A model generated the notes under the pieces. That model ran no database searches, was not told the DNA's origin, and saw nothing but the letters and a program-made list of their open reading frames with translations. A DNA stretch of 64,000 nt, from contig CAVPLL010000002.1 of the NCBI GenBank assembly GCA_963706005.1, positions 22,148 through 86,147 on the forward strand, given 5' to 3'. Position numbers and translations under genes: made by a program. This DNA is from an uncultured Actinomycetes bacterium (GTDB taxonomy: Bacteria; Actinomycetota; UBA4738; HRBIN12). How positions within the stretch are numbered: position 1 is the stretch's first letter; the number at the start of each line of letters is the position of its first letter. This document shows positions 48,638-57,180 of the stretch, piece by piece.

Positions 48638-49106
48638 TGACGGAGACGCTGCGCGAGGATCCGACCCTCGTCCGGAGCTCGATGCGGTGGAGGTGGGTCG
48701 GCACCTTCATGCTCGTGCTGCTGGTGGTCGCCTTCCCCCTGTACAAGGCCGTCGAGTCCTCCCGTCGAGCGGACGCGGTGCGCTCGCAGGACGTCGCCCT
48801 GATCTCGTCCGGTCAGCAACTGTGGGCGCTCAACTGCGCGGCGTGCCACGGCGAGAACGGCCAGGGCGTGAGCGCGCCCGCGCTGAACTCCCAGGAGTTC
48901 TTCGAGGGGACCTCCGACGAGCAGATCGCGGGCATCGTGCGGGGCGGCGTTCCGGGACCGCGATGCCGGCCTGGTGGAACGAGTACGGGGGGCCGCTCAC
49001 CGACCAGCAGGTCGCCGAGGTGGTCGCGTACGTCCGCTCCTGGGAGCAGACGGCGCCGAGCTGCCCGGATTGGCGCACGCCCTCGTGCCCGGGGACGGGG
49101 GCCTGA
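48637..49106 (+). pseudogene. membrane-anchored monoheme cytochrome c, frameshift at a G-run near 48954-48956
   Basis: TM anchor WVGTFMLVLLVVAFPLY and heme site CAACHGENG. After ...IVRGGVPG the frame changes. The distal-ligand segment TAMPAWWNEYGGPLTDQQVAEVVAYVRSW is in the frame of ORF 48687..49106. Confidence 0.8.
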
Positions 49107-49111
49107 GGGCG

Positions 49112-51181
49112 ATGCGCCGGGTCCCTGCCCTCGCCGCGCTCGCGGGCCTGCTCCTCGCGGCCTGCTCGAGCGCTGGCCCCGAGGGCGCGAGCGGCACCGT
49201 GGTGTTCATCCCCGGATACCAGGCGGGCGGGGGGACCGCCGCGGTCGTCCCCCAGGGATACACGGCGGCCGACCAGCCGATCACGGTGGGTCTCGGCGAG
49301 ACCGACCCCACCCACATGTTCATCGACCTGTCCCAGGCCTACACCTCCGAGGGCACGGTCACGTTCGTCGTGACGAACGAGGGGGCCGAGACGCACGAGT
49401 TCGTCGTGCTGCGCACGGACTCCGCCGCGGGCTCGTTCCCGATCGTGTCGTTCGAGGGCGAGCCCAACCGGATCGACGAGGACGCGCCGGGCGTCACGAA
49501 CGTCGGGGAAACCGGCGACATGGAGCCAGGGACGACGATGGCCCTCTCGCTCGACCTCGCTCCGGGCCACTACGCCGTGGTCTGCAACCTGGCCGGGCAC
49601 TACGCCTTCGGGATGCACCAGGACTTCAACGTGGTGCCTGCCGGCTCGACCCCGATCGAGGTCGGCCTCGGCGAGACCGACCCCACCCACATGTTCATCG
49701 ACCTGTCCCAGGCCTACGCGCCGCAGGGGCAGGTCACGTTCATCATCACCAACCAGGGGGCCGAGGATCACGAGTTCGTCGTCCTTGCCACCGACACCCC
49801 CGCCGCGGACTTCCCGATCACCGGGTTCGAGGGCGAGCCCAACCGCTTCGACGAGGACGCCGAGGGCCTGACCAACGTGGGGGAGACGGGCGACCCGGCG
49901 ATGGCACCCGGCACCTCGCTGATGCTCACGATCGACATGTCGGCCGGCCACTACGCCGTGGTCTGCAACCTGGCCGGGCACTACGCCTTCGGGATGCACC
50001 AGGACTTCAACGTGGTGCCTGCCGGCTCGACCCCGATCGAGGTCGGCCTCGGCGAGACCGACCCCACCCACATGTTCATCGACCTGTCCCAGGCCTACGC
50101 GCCGCAGGGGCAGGTCACGTTCATCATCACCAACCAGGGGGCCGAGGATCACGAGTTCGTCGTCCTTGCCACCGACACCCCCGCCGCGGACTTCCCGATC
50201 ACCGGGTTCGAGGGCGAGCCCAACCGCTTCGACGAGGACGCCGAGGGCCTGACCAACGTGGGGGAGACGGGCGACCCGGCGATGGCACCCGGCACCTCGC
50301 TGATGCTCACGATCGACATGTCGGCCGGCCACTACGCCGTGGTCTGCAACCTGGCCGGGCACTACGCCTTCGGGATGCACCAGGACTTCAACGTGGTGCC
50401 TGCCGGCTCGACCCCGATCGAGGTCGGCCTCGGCGAGACCGACCCCACCCACATGTTCATCGACCTGTCCCAGGCCTACGCGCCGCAGGGGCAGGTCACG
50501 TTCATCATCACCAACCAGGGGGCCGAGGATCACGAGTTCGTCGTCCTTGCCACCGACACCCCCGCCGCGGACTTCCCGATCACCGGGTTCGAGGGCGAGC
50601 CCAACCGCTTCGACGAGGACGCCGAGGGCCTGACCAACGTGGGGGAGACGGGCGACCCGGCGATGGCACCCGGCACCTCGCTGATGCTCACGATCGACAT
50701 GTCGGCCGGCCACTACGCCGTGGTCTGCAACCTGGCCGGGCACTACGCCTTCGGGATGCACCAGGACTTCAACGTGGTGCCTGCCGGCTCGACCCCGATC
50801 GAGGTCGGCCTCGGCGAGACCGACCCCACCCACATGTTCATCGACCTGTCCCAGGCCTACGCGCCGCAGGGGCAGGTCACGTTCATCATCACCAACCAGG
50901 GGGCCGAGGATCACGAGTTCGTCGTCCTTGCCACCGACACCCCCGCCGCGGACTTCCCGATCACCGGGTTCGAGGGCGAGCCCAACCGCTTCGACGAGGA
51001 CGCCGAGGGCCTGACCAACGTGGGGGAGACGGGCGACCCGGCGATGGCACCCGGCACCTCGCTGATGCTCACGATCGACATGTCGGCCGGCCACTACGCC
51101 GTGGTCTGCAACCTGGCCGGGCACTACGCCTTCGGGATGCACCAGGACGTCTGGATCACCCCGAGCGTCTCTCCCGCCTGA
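49112..51181 (+). CDS. lipoprotein with five tandem type-1 copper (cupredoxin/plastocyanin-like) domains
   Basis: Signal plus lipobox MRRVPALAALAGLLLAAC. Each of five ~127-aa units carries H (THEF/DHEF) and C-NLAG-H-YAFG-M (Cys-x4-His-x4-Met). Intact 689-aa frame. Confidence 0.85.
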   Translation: MRRVPALAALAGLLLAACSSAGPEGASGTVVFIPGYQAGGGTAAVVPQGYTAADQPITVGLGETDPTHMFIDLSQAYTSEGTVTFVVTNEGAETHEFVVLRTDSAAGSFPIVSFEGEPNRIDEDAPGVTNVGETGDMEPGTTMALSLDLAPGHYAVVCNLAGHYAFGMHQDFNVVPAGSTPIEVGLGETDPTHMFIDLSQAYAPQGQVTFIITNQGAEDHEFVVLATDTPAADFPITGFEGEPNRFDEDAEGLTNVGETGDPAMAPGTSLMLTIDMSAGHYAVVCNLAGHYAFGMHQDFNVVPAGSTPIEVGLGETDPTHMFIDLSQAYAPQGQVTFIITNQGAEDHEFVVLATDTPAADFPITGFEGEPNRFDEDAEGLTNVGETGDPAMAPGTSLMLTIDMSAGHYAVVCNLAGHYAFGMHQDFNVVPAGSTPIEVGLGETDPTHMFIDLSQAYAPQGQVTFIITNQGAEDHEFVVLATDTPAADFPITGFEGEPNRFDEDAEGLTNVGETGDPAMAPGTSLMLTIDMSAGHYAVVCNLAGHYAFGMHQDFNVVPAGSTPIEVGLGETDPTHMFIDLSQAYAPQGQVTFIITNQGAEDHEFVVLATDTPAADFPITGFEGEPNRFDEDAEGLTNVGETGDPAMAPGTSLMLTIDMSAGHYAVVCNLAGHYAFGMHQDVWITPSVSPA
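49565..51148 (+). repeat. perfect in-frame tandem repeat, period 381 bp, about 4.16 copies
   Basis: The landmark string cactacgccgtggtctgcaacc recurs at 49568, 49949, 50330, 50711 and 51092 (spacing exactly 381). Every line I compared between copies is nucleotide-identical, and the translated units are identical. Confidence 0.95.
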
Positions 51182-51315
51182 TCGAGCGACGGGGCACGGA
51201 GACGACCACCGATCAGGGTCCGAACCGGTCGATCAGCACCCCGTGACCGACACCTCGGTCACTCGCCGTCAACCTCTGTTGGCTCGACTCCTCTCGTGCC
51301 CATGTCCCGCCCCGT

Positions 51316-52281
51316 CTACAGCCAGTCGATGCGCCGGAACAGCCAGTAGAGGCCGGCACAGGCGCCGACGATCAAGGCGGCGGAGGCGACGGCCCCCCAG
51401 TGACGGAGGTAGCCGGGGAAGGGGACGTTCATGCCGTAGAAGCCGGTGATGAGCGCGGGGACCGCGATGATGGCCGCCCAGCTGCTGACCTTCTTGACGA
51501 TCTGGTTCTGGTGGTAGTCGCGCAGGCTGAGGTTGGTCTCCACGATGGTGCTCACGAGATCGCGGAGCGAATCGGAGGACTCGCTGACACGCAGGATGTG
51601 GTCGTACACGTCCTGGAAGTACGGGTAGAGCTCCTCGGCGACGGCGGAGTGCTCGCGCCGCATGAGGCTGCTGATCGCCTCGCGCATCGGAACCACGAGG
51701 CGGTGGAACCGAACCATCGCGCGGCGCATCTGGAACCAGCGGCGCTGCTGTGCCGGGTCGAGCGGACGGTCCGAGAAGATCCCGTCACTGACCTCCTCGT
51801 AGTACTCGTCGAAGGCTTGGACGGCGTCGAAGTACCGGTCGACGATGACGTCGAGCAATCCGTAGAGGAAGAAGCTGACCCCCAGGGCCGCGAGGTCGGG
51901 CGAGCGATCCCAACGCTCCAGCACCGGATCGATCGGGAAGCGATCGTTCTTGCGAACGGTGATGAGCCAGCGCTGATTGATGAAGGCATCGATCTCGGTC
52001 TCGTCGAGCCTGCCACGCTCGGTGTCGACGCTCACGGCGTGGCAGGACAGGAACAGGTGCGTGGCGTACCGGTCGAGCTTCGGGCGTTGGTGGGGGCCGA
52101 GGGCGTCCTCGACGGCGAGCTCGTGCAGGCCGAGCTCGACGGCGAGCTCGTCCAGCTGCTCTTTCGAAGGACCGCAGAGATCAACCCAGACCACCGTGTC
52201 GGGGCCCTCGAGGTACTTGGACACCTCGGCGATCGCGAAGCCCTCGGCCTCGAGGGCACCCTCGCGGTAGACCCTGGTCAT
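51316..52281 (-). CDS. corA: magnesium/cobalt transporter CorA
   Basis: MTRVYREG... and a C-terminal YGMNV (GMN) motif between two TM helices. Confidence 0.95.
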   Translation of the reverse strand: MTRVYREGALEAEGFAIAEVSKYLEGPDTVVWVDLCGPSKEQLDELAVELGLHELAVEDALGPHQRPKLDRYATHLFLSCHAVSVDTERGRLDETEIDAFINQRWLITVRKNDRFPIDPVLERWDRSPDLAALGVSFFLYGLLDVIVDRYFDAVQAFDEYYEEVSDGIFSDRPLDPAQQRRWFQMRRAMVRFHRLVVPMREAISSLMRREHSAVAEELYPYFQDVYDHILRVSESSDSLRDLVSTIVETNLSLRDYHQNQIVKKVSSWAAIIAVPALITGFYGMNVPFPGYLRHWGAVASAALIVGACAGLYWLFRRIDWL

Positions 52282-52500
52282 GGCATTCGCCAAAGAGGAC
52301 CCTCCATGCCCGACACCGTGTGTCGGTCCGAGCGATCCCCCGGCCCGGCACGCACGGCTGGGAGTATGAGCGTTACCACCCCCGGGCACCAACGTGCAGC
52401 TCCGTTCGGACCATGCGTTCGACCGGTGGTCCCAACGGTCCGAGCCGGTGTCTCCACTCCTGTTCCGTCCTCGACGTGCCGCTGGTCCGTTGTCGAAGCC

Positions 52501-52791
52501 CTAGGCGAAGTGCTCGGGGCCCGAGTACGCGGAGGCGCCTCGTCCCCCGGCAGCCACCGCCCTGTCGCGGTCCTGGTCGGTCACGGTCGGTCGGACGATC
52601 ACGTAGATCAGGATGCCGAAGAGCGGAAGGATGAAGATCAACAGGATCCATCCGGCCTTCGCGCCTCCGGAAAGATCCCGGCGCCGGAAGACGTCCGCGA
52701 ACACCGCGATGAACATCCAGATCAACATGACCCAGAAGAAGAACACGAGCATCGACCACATGAGATCGCCCAATCCGAACTCAGCCAGCAT
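52501..52791 (-). CDS. PLD nuclease N-terminal domain (PLDc_N) small membrane protein
   Basis: LMWSMLVFFFWVMLIWMFIAVFADVFRRRDLSGGAKAGWILLIFILPLFGILIYVIVRP. Confidence 0.7.
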   Translation of the reverse strand: MLAEFGLGDLMWSMLVFFFWVMLIWMFIAVFADVFRRRDLSGGAKAGWILLIFILPLFGILIYVIVRPTVTDQDRDRAVAAGGRGASAYSGPEHFA

Positions 52792-53057
52792 CTCCTACCC
52801 TCCCCTTGACCCGGCTTCTCACACGCCGGATTCGTGGTTCGCATCGCCACAGCTCCGCGTGTGTGCTCACATCGAACACCCGTGACCGGCGCGTCACACC
52901 ATCCGGATGGCATGAAGTCGGGATCTCCCCGTCTCGGCGTCACGATCAGCGTCGGACCAAGGTGGACACCGCCAGAGGGCGTACGACCTTCGGCGCGGCA
53001 GTGACGGCCGATCAGCCGATGTGTCTCCCCCCGCATCCTCCCTACGGTGAGTGTCCC

Positions 53058-53231
53058 ATGCAGATGACCGGCGACACGCTCCAGGAGAAGCTCAACGCCC
53101 TCTGCTCGTGGTGTCGGCACACGGAGTTCATCCACAGCGATCAAGACGCGGGGCCATGTCTGTTCTCCGAGTGCAAGTGCCCGCGATTCTTCCCCCTGCC
53201 CGAAAGGACGGAGCACCAGACCGAACGCTGA
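53058..53231 (+). CDS. possible 57-aa cysteine-rich protein
   Basis: MQMTGDTLQEKLNALCSWCRHTEFIHSDQDAGPCLFSECKCPRFF (CxxC...C...CxC). Non-junk composition, but the RBS is weak. Confidence 0.3.
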   Translation: MQMTGDTLQEKLNALCSWCRHTEFIHSDQDAGPCLFSECKCPRFFPLPERTEHQTER

Positions 53232-53239
53232 CGGAGCGT

Positions 53240-53377
53240 GCCGGTAGGAAACGCGGACCTCTCGAGACAGACACGCCGAGTCCCGGGCTCCCCCGGCCGG
53301 GGCCGACACGTTGGGACTCATCCCTCGAGGCGGGTGTCGCTCGGAGAGGCAAGAAACGGGACGCGTTTCCTACCGGC
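53240..53377. other. 138-nt rod-like imperfect hairpin between convergent genes (terminator, sRNA or MITE-like)
   Basis: The outer 16-bp perfect stem is gccggtaggaaacgcg / cgcgtttcctaccggc. Nested pairings are cctctcgag/ctcGgagagg, gacacgcc/ggcgGGtgtc, gagtccc/gggactc, and an apical ccccggccgggg. Confidence 0.5.
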
Positions 53378-53416
53378 CGACCCTCCGGGCCTCGCTCGCG
53401 ACGATCGCGAGCGACG

Positions 53417-53914
53417 TCAGCTGACGGGGACCTCTCGGATCCGCCCCGTCTTCACGTCGTAGACCCAGCCCGAAACCTCAACGTCCTTCGGGAGGAACGG
53501 GTTCTCACGGATCGTCTTCACATCCTCCTTGAGGCTGTCCTCGACATCGGAGAACGGCATGAAGTCGATCGCTGCGGCGCTGACACCGGTCTCTGCCTGC
53601 AGCTTGCCCCAGATGTCCTCATTCGTGAATGTGAGCATCCCGCAGTCCGTGTGGTGGATGACCATGAACGCGCGGGTGCCAAGCAGCTGCGACGACACGA
53701 TCAGCGAGCGAAGCGCGTCATCGGAGGCGCGCCCTCCGGCGTTACGGATGACGTGGGCGTCCCCGATCTCCAGCCCCAGGAACCGCTCGGGGTGGAGTCG
53801 CGCGTCGATGCAGGTCAGTACGGCGAGAGGCTTGTTCGGGGGCAACTGGGCCCCTCCCTCGTCGAAGCTCTCGGCGAATCTGCGGTTGGACTCCAGCAAT
53901 CCGTGAACGTCCAT
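53417..53914 (-). CDS. beta-class carbonic anhydrase
   Basis: LAVLTCIDARL...HVIRNAGG...VIHHTDCG (Cys-Asp-Arg / His-x-x-Cys zinc ligands). AAGGAGG RBS. Confidence 0.9.
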   Translation of the reverse strand: MDVHGLLESNRRFAESFDEGGAQLPPNKPLAVLTCIDARLHPERFLGLEIGDAHVIRNAGGRASDDALRSLIVSSQLLGTRAFMVIHHTDCGMLTFTNEDIWGKLQAETGVSAAAIDFMPFSDVEDSLKEDVKTIRENPFLPKDVEVSGWVYDVKTGRIREVPVS

Positions 53915-54066
53915 CGTCCGTGCCTCCTTACTCAAGGGATGACCCGAGGATAGCGGCGCAACCGGGCCGGTCGCACCGTGTCCGCCAGTCCTGGCTGGAC
54001 GAACGCCAGCAAACATGACCTGAGGTCATCGTCCGGGTGGCGAAGGCGTTTCCCCAGGTCGTCGCG

Positions 54067-54139
54067 TAGTCCCAACGGGGTTCGAACCCGTGTCTCCACC
54101 TTGAGAGGGTGGTGTCCTAGGCCACTAGACGATGGGACC
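54067..54139 (-). tRNA. tRNA-Glu (anticodon CUC)
   Basis: Minus strand: GGTCCCATCGTCTAGTGGCCTAGGACACCACCCTCTCAAGGTGGAGACACGGGTTCGAACCCCGTTGGGACTA. Folded by eye: anticodon stem CCACC/GGTGG with loop CTCTCAA, and T-arm ACGGG-TTCGAAC-CCCGT. CCA is not encoded. Confidence 0.85.
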
Positions 54140-54198
54140 GAGGGAAACTGGTCGGCAAGTGTAGCAATCGGCCATCCGCGGTCCGTTAGGCTCTCCGG

Positions 54199-55608
54199 GT
54201 GCGCCCGCATCTCGTTCCGATCCGCCTGGCGTCGATCATCGCCCTGGCCGTCCTGGCGACCCTCGCGGCCGCGGCTCCATCCTCCCGGGCGGTCCCGACG
54301 CTCCCTCCTTCTCCTGCCCAAGCGGCGCCGGGCATCGAGACGATCGAGCACATCATCATCGTCGTCCAGGAGAACCGCTCGTTCGACCACTACTTCGGCA
54401 CGTATCCGGGCGCCGACGGGATCCCCCGCCGCCCGGATGGTTCCTTCGCGGTCTGCAACCCCGACCCTTCTCGCGGACGGTGCGTCCGCCCCTACCACTC
54501 GACCACCATGTACGACGCGGGCGGTGCGCACAACCAGCACGCGTCGGAGATGGATGTGGACGGCGGGCTGATGGACGGGTTCGTCAGGACCGTTCGAAGG
54601 AGCGGCAACACGTGCGTGCAACATCCGGATAACCGGCGATGCAGGGAGACGCAGACCGGACCCGTTGGCCAGCCCGACGTGATGGGGTACCACACCCGCT
54701 CGGAGATCCCGAACTACTGGGCCTACGCGGACCATTTCGCCCTGCAGGACCGGATGTTCGCACCGAGCGACTCGTGGACGCTGCCCTCGCACCTGTTCCT
54801 CACCTCAGCGTGGTCGGCCACCTGCTCGGATCTCTCGGATCCGATGAGCTGCCGATCGGACCTCGTCACGCCAGGGAACCGGTGGCGGCCGGACAGTGGC
54901 GATCCCGCTCCCTACGCCTGGACCGACATCACGTACCTGCTCCACGAGCAGAACGTTTCGTGGGGGTACTACGTCGGGGAGGGGACCTGTATCCGTCTGC
55001 CGTGCCCCACCGGCGACGCACCTCACACCACCTCCACGCAGCTCCCGATCGCGGGCTTCCGAACCGTGGAGGAGGACGACCAGCTCGACCACATCCGTCC
55101 GCACCCGGACTTCTTCCAGGCCGCGCACATCGGGGGGCTGCCGTCCGTGTCGTGGGTGATGCCCTTCATCGGGGCCAGCGAGCATCCTCCGGGCAACATC
55201 CGCGATGGGCAGGCGTGGGTCACGAAGGTCGTCAATGCCGTGATGAGCGGGCCCGACTGGGATTCCAGCGTCATCTACCTCACCTGGGACGACTGGGGTG
55301 GCTTCTACGACCACGTCGTACCGAAGATGATCGACAGGAACGGCTACGGGATCCGGGTCCCCGCGCTCGCGATCAGCCCGTGGGTGAAGCCAGGACTCAT
55401 CGACCATCAGCTCCTGTCGTTCGATGCCTACCTGCGGTTCATCGAGGATCGCTTCCTCGGCGGCGAGCGTCTGGACCCCGCGACGCTCAGCCGGCCCGAC
55501 TCGCGACCCACGGTTCGCGAGGCGGTGCCTATCCTCGGGGATCTGGCGAACGAGTTCGACTTCACCCAGACGCCGATCCCGCCGTTGATCCTCGACCCGC
55601 GGCCCTGA
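54199..55608 (+). CDS. phosphoesterase family protein (phospholipase C / acid phosphatase AcpA-like), secreted
   Basis: [27 protein letters not shown]...[11 protein letters not shown]...[12 protein letters not shown]. Confidence 0.85.
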   Translation: MRPHLVPIRLASIIALAVLATLAAAAPSSRAVPTLPPSPAQAAPGIETIEHIIIVVQENRSFDHYFGTYPGADGIPRRPDGSFAVCNPDPSRGRCVRPYHSTTMYDAGGAHNQHASEMDVDGGLMDGFVRTVRRSGNTCVQHPDNRRCRETQTGPVGQPDVMGYHTRSEIPNYWAYADHFALQDRMFAPSDSWTLPSHLFLTSAWSATCSDLSDPMSCRSDLVTPGNRWRPDSGDPAPYAWTDITYLLHEQNVSWGYYVGEGTCIRLPCPTGDAPHTTSTQLPIAGFRTVEEDDQLDHIRPHPDFFQAAHIGGLPSVSWVMPFIGASEHPPGNIRDGQAWVTKVVNAVMSGPDWDSSVIYLTWDDWGGFYDHVVPKMIDRNGYGIRVPALAISPWVKPGLIDHQLLSFDAYLRFIEDRFLGGERLDPATLSRPDSRPTVREAVPILGDLANEFDFTQTPIPPLILDPRP

Positions 55609-55620
55609 CCGCTCGAGGCG

Positions 55621-57081
55621 CTAGTCCTCGCCCTGGTCGCGAGTGAACCCGGGCTCGCCGTCGAACTCCTGGAGCTTCTCGATGTGCATCCAGGAGTGCG
55701 CGCTCGAGATCCGGACCAGGAGCGCGTGGACGTCCTCGTCGGACAGGGCGCCCGGCTCCTCCTCGAGGATGAACCGGCAACGGAAGTGGTCGCCGGTCTC
55801 GGTCATCGCGCCCATCGAGGGGAAGACCTTGGTCCCGCGGCTCGAGATCAGCTTGAGCGAGAGCTTCGTGTCGTGCGTGAGCTCCGTCAGGGAGGCCCCG
55901 AGCTCGCTCGCCGAGAGCGGCGACTCGACGAACACGTCCAGGCCGACCACCGAACGGGTCGTCGGCCGCACGTAGTCGGGCGCCGGGTCGATCTTCGGGA
56001 GCTGCAGCGGCAGCACCTCGCGGATCGTCCAGGTCTCGGTGCGCTTGCCGAGGTTGCCGATGATCGCGTCCGCGTAGTCTGTCGTGGGCGTGCCGCGGTC
56101 GTAGCCGAGCACGTCGCCCGTCAGCACGCCGGACTCGAGCGTCACGAACACCGCGTGCTCGATCGCGGCCGCCTGCTCGAAGAACCCGAGGTAGCGGAGC
56201 ATCAGCACGGCCGACAGGATGACCGCGGTCGGGTTGATCACGTTCTTGCCGGCGTACTTGGGCGCCGAGCCGTGGACGGCCTCGAAGATCGCGACCTCGT
56301 TGCCCACGTTCGCCGACGGCGCGAACCCGAGCCCGCCGATCAGCGCCGAGGACAGGTCGGACAGGATGTCGCCGTTCATGTTGGTCGTGACGATGACGTC
56401 GAACTGCTCCGGTCGCTTGACGAGCTGGTGCGCGCAGTTGTCGACGATCACGTGCCATGACTCGATCTCCGGGTAGTCGGGGGCGACCCGCTCGAAGACG
56501 CGTTTCAGCGTCCCCTCCGAGAGCTTCATGATGTTGGCCTTCGTGGCGCAGGCGACCTTCGTGCGTCCCTCGCTCCTCGCGTACTCGAACCCGAACCGCG
56601 CGATCTTCTCGCAGCCCTTCTCGCTGATCAGCTTGAGGGCCTGGGCGACGCCGGGCGTCTGCAGGTACTCGATGCCCGCGTACAGGTCCTCGACGTTCTC
56701 GCGGACCATGACGAGGTCGATCCCGCGGCCGCTGTACGGGGTCTTCACGCCCGGCATCTCGCGTACCGGGCGGACGTTCGCGTAGGTCTCGAACAGCTTG
56801 CGGAGCGTGACGTTCGCCGACTTCTCGCCGAAGCCCACCGGCGTCTCGAGCGGGCCCTTCAGGGCCACGCGCGTGCGTGAGATCGACTCGATCGTCTCCG
56901 GGGGGACGCCCGAGGGGAGCCCCTTGCGGAACACCTCGGCGCCGGCCTCGCACTCCTCCCACTGGATCGGGACGCCGGCTGCCTCGATGATCCGCCTGGC
57001 CGCGTCGACGCACTCGGGACCGATCCCGTCGCCGGGGATCAGGGTCACGACGGTGGGAGGATCGGATGGGTTCACGGTCAC
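55621..57081 (-). CDS. icd: isocitrate dehydrogenase (isocitrate/isopropylmalate dehydrogenase family) with ~140-aa C-terminal extension
   Basis: [10 protein letters not shown]...[11 protein letters not shown]...[19 protein letters not shown]...[11 protein letters not shown] start with a GAAGGAG RBS. Confidence 0.85.
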   Translation of the reverse strand: MTVNPSDPPTVVTLIPGDGIGPECVDAARRIIEAAGVPIQWEECEAGAEVFRKGLPSGVPPETIESISRTRVALKGPLETPVGFGEKSANVTLRKLFETYANVRPVREMPGVKTPYSGRGIDLVMVRENVEDLYAGIEYLQTPGVAQALKLISEKGCEKIARFGFEYARSEGRTKVACATKANIMKLSEGTLKRVFERVAPDYPEIESWHVIVDNCAHQLVKRPEQFDVIVTTNMNGDILSDLSSALIGGLGFAPSANVGNEVAIFEAVHGSAPKYAGKNVINPTAVILSAVLMLRYLGFFEQAAAIEHAVFVTLESGVLTGDVLGYDRGTPTTDYADAIIGNLGKRTETWTIREVLPLQLPKIDPAPDYVRPTTRSVVGLDVFVESPLSASELGASLTELTHDTKLSLKLISSRGTKVFPSMGAMTETGDHFRCRFILEEEPGALSDEDVHALLVRISSAHSWMHIEKLQEFDGEPGFTRDQGED

Positions 57082-57180
57082 GAGGTCTCCTTCGTCGGGT
57101 GGGCGGCCATCCTAGCCGCCGGCAACCGGACGCGATGGTCCGGTGCAGAACGGTGGCGATTGGTACCCTCGGGCGGTCCC

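Noticed and set aside
49565-51148. Whether the regular repeat array could be a CRISPR array.
   Set aside because: The period is 381 bp with no unique spacers and the units are contiguous and identical. The whole array is an in-frame protein-coding domain repeat, and no cas genes are nearby.
47947-51246. 1099-aa plus ORF and the 770-aa minus ORF (48830..51142) running through the 381-bp repeats.
   Set aside because: Both are repeat-propagated shadow frames rich in Arg/Gly/Pro/Asp. The third frame encodes complete cupredoxin units with copper ligands, a lipobox and an RBS-compatible start.
52282-52500. The ~220-nt leader upstream of corA as a Mg2+ (M-box) or other riboswitch.
   Set aside because: I could not recognise any conserved riboswitch core by eye. 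The length alone is not evidence. A covariance-model scan would be needed.
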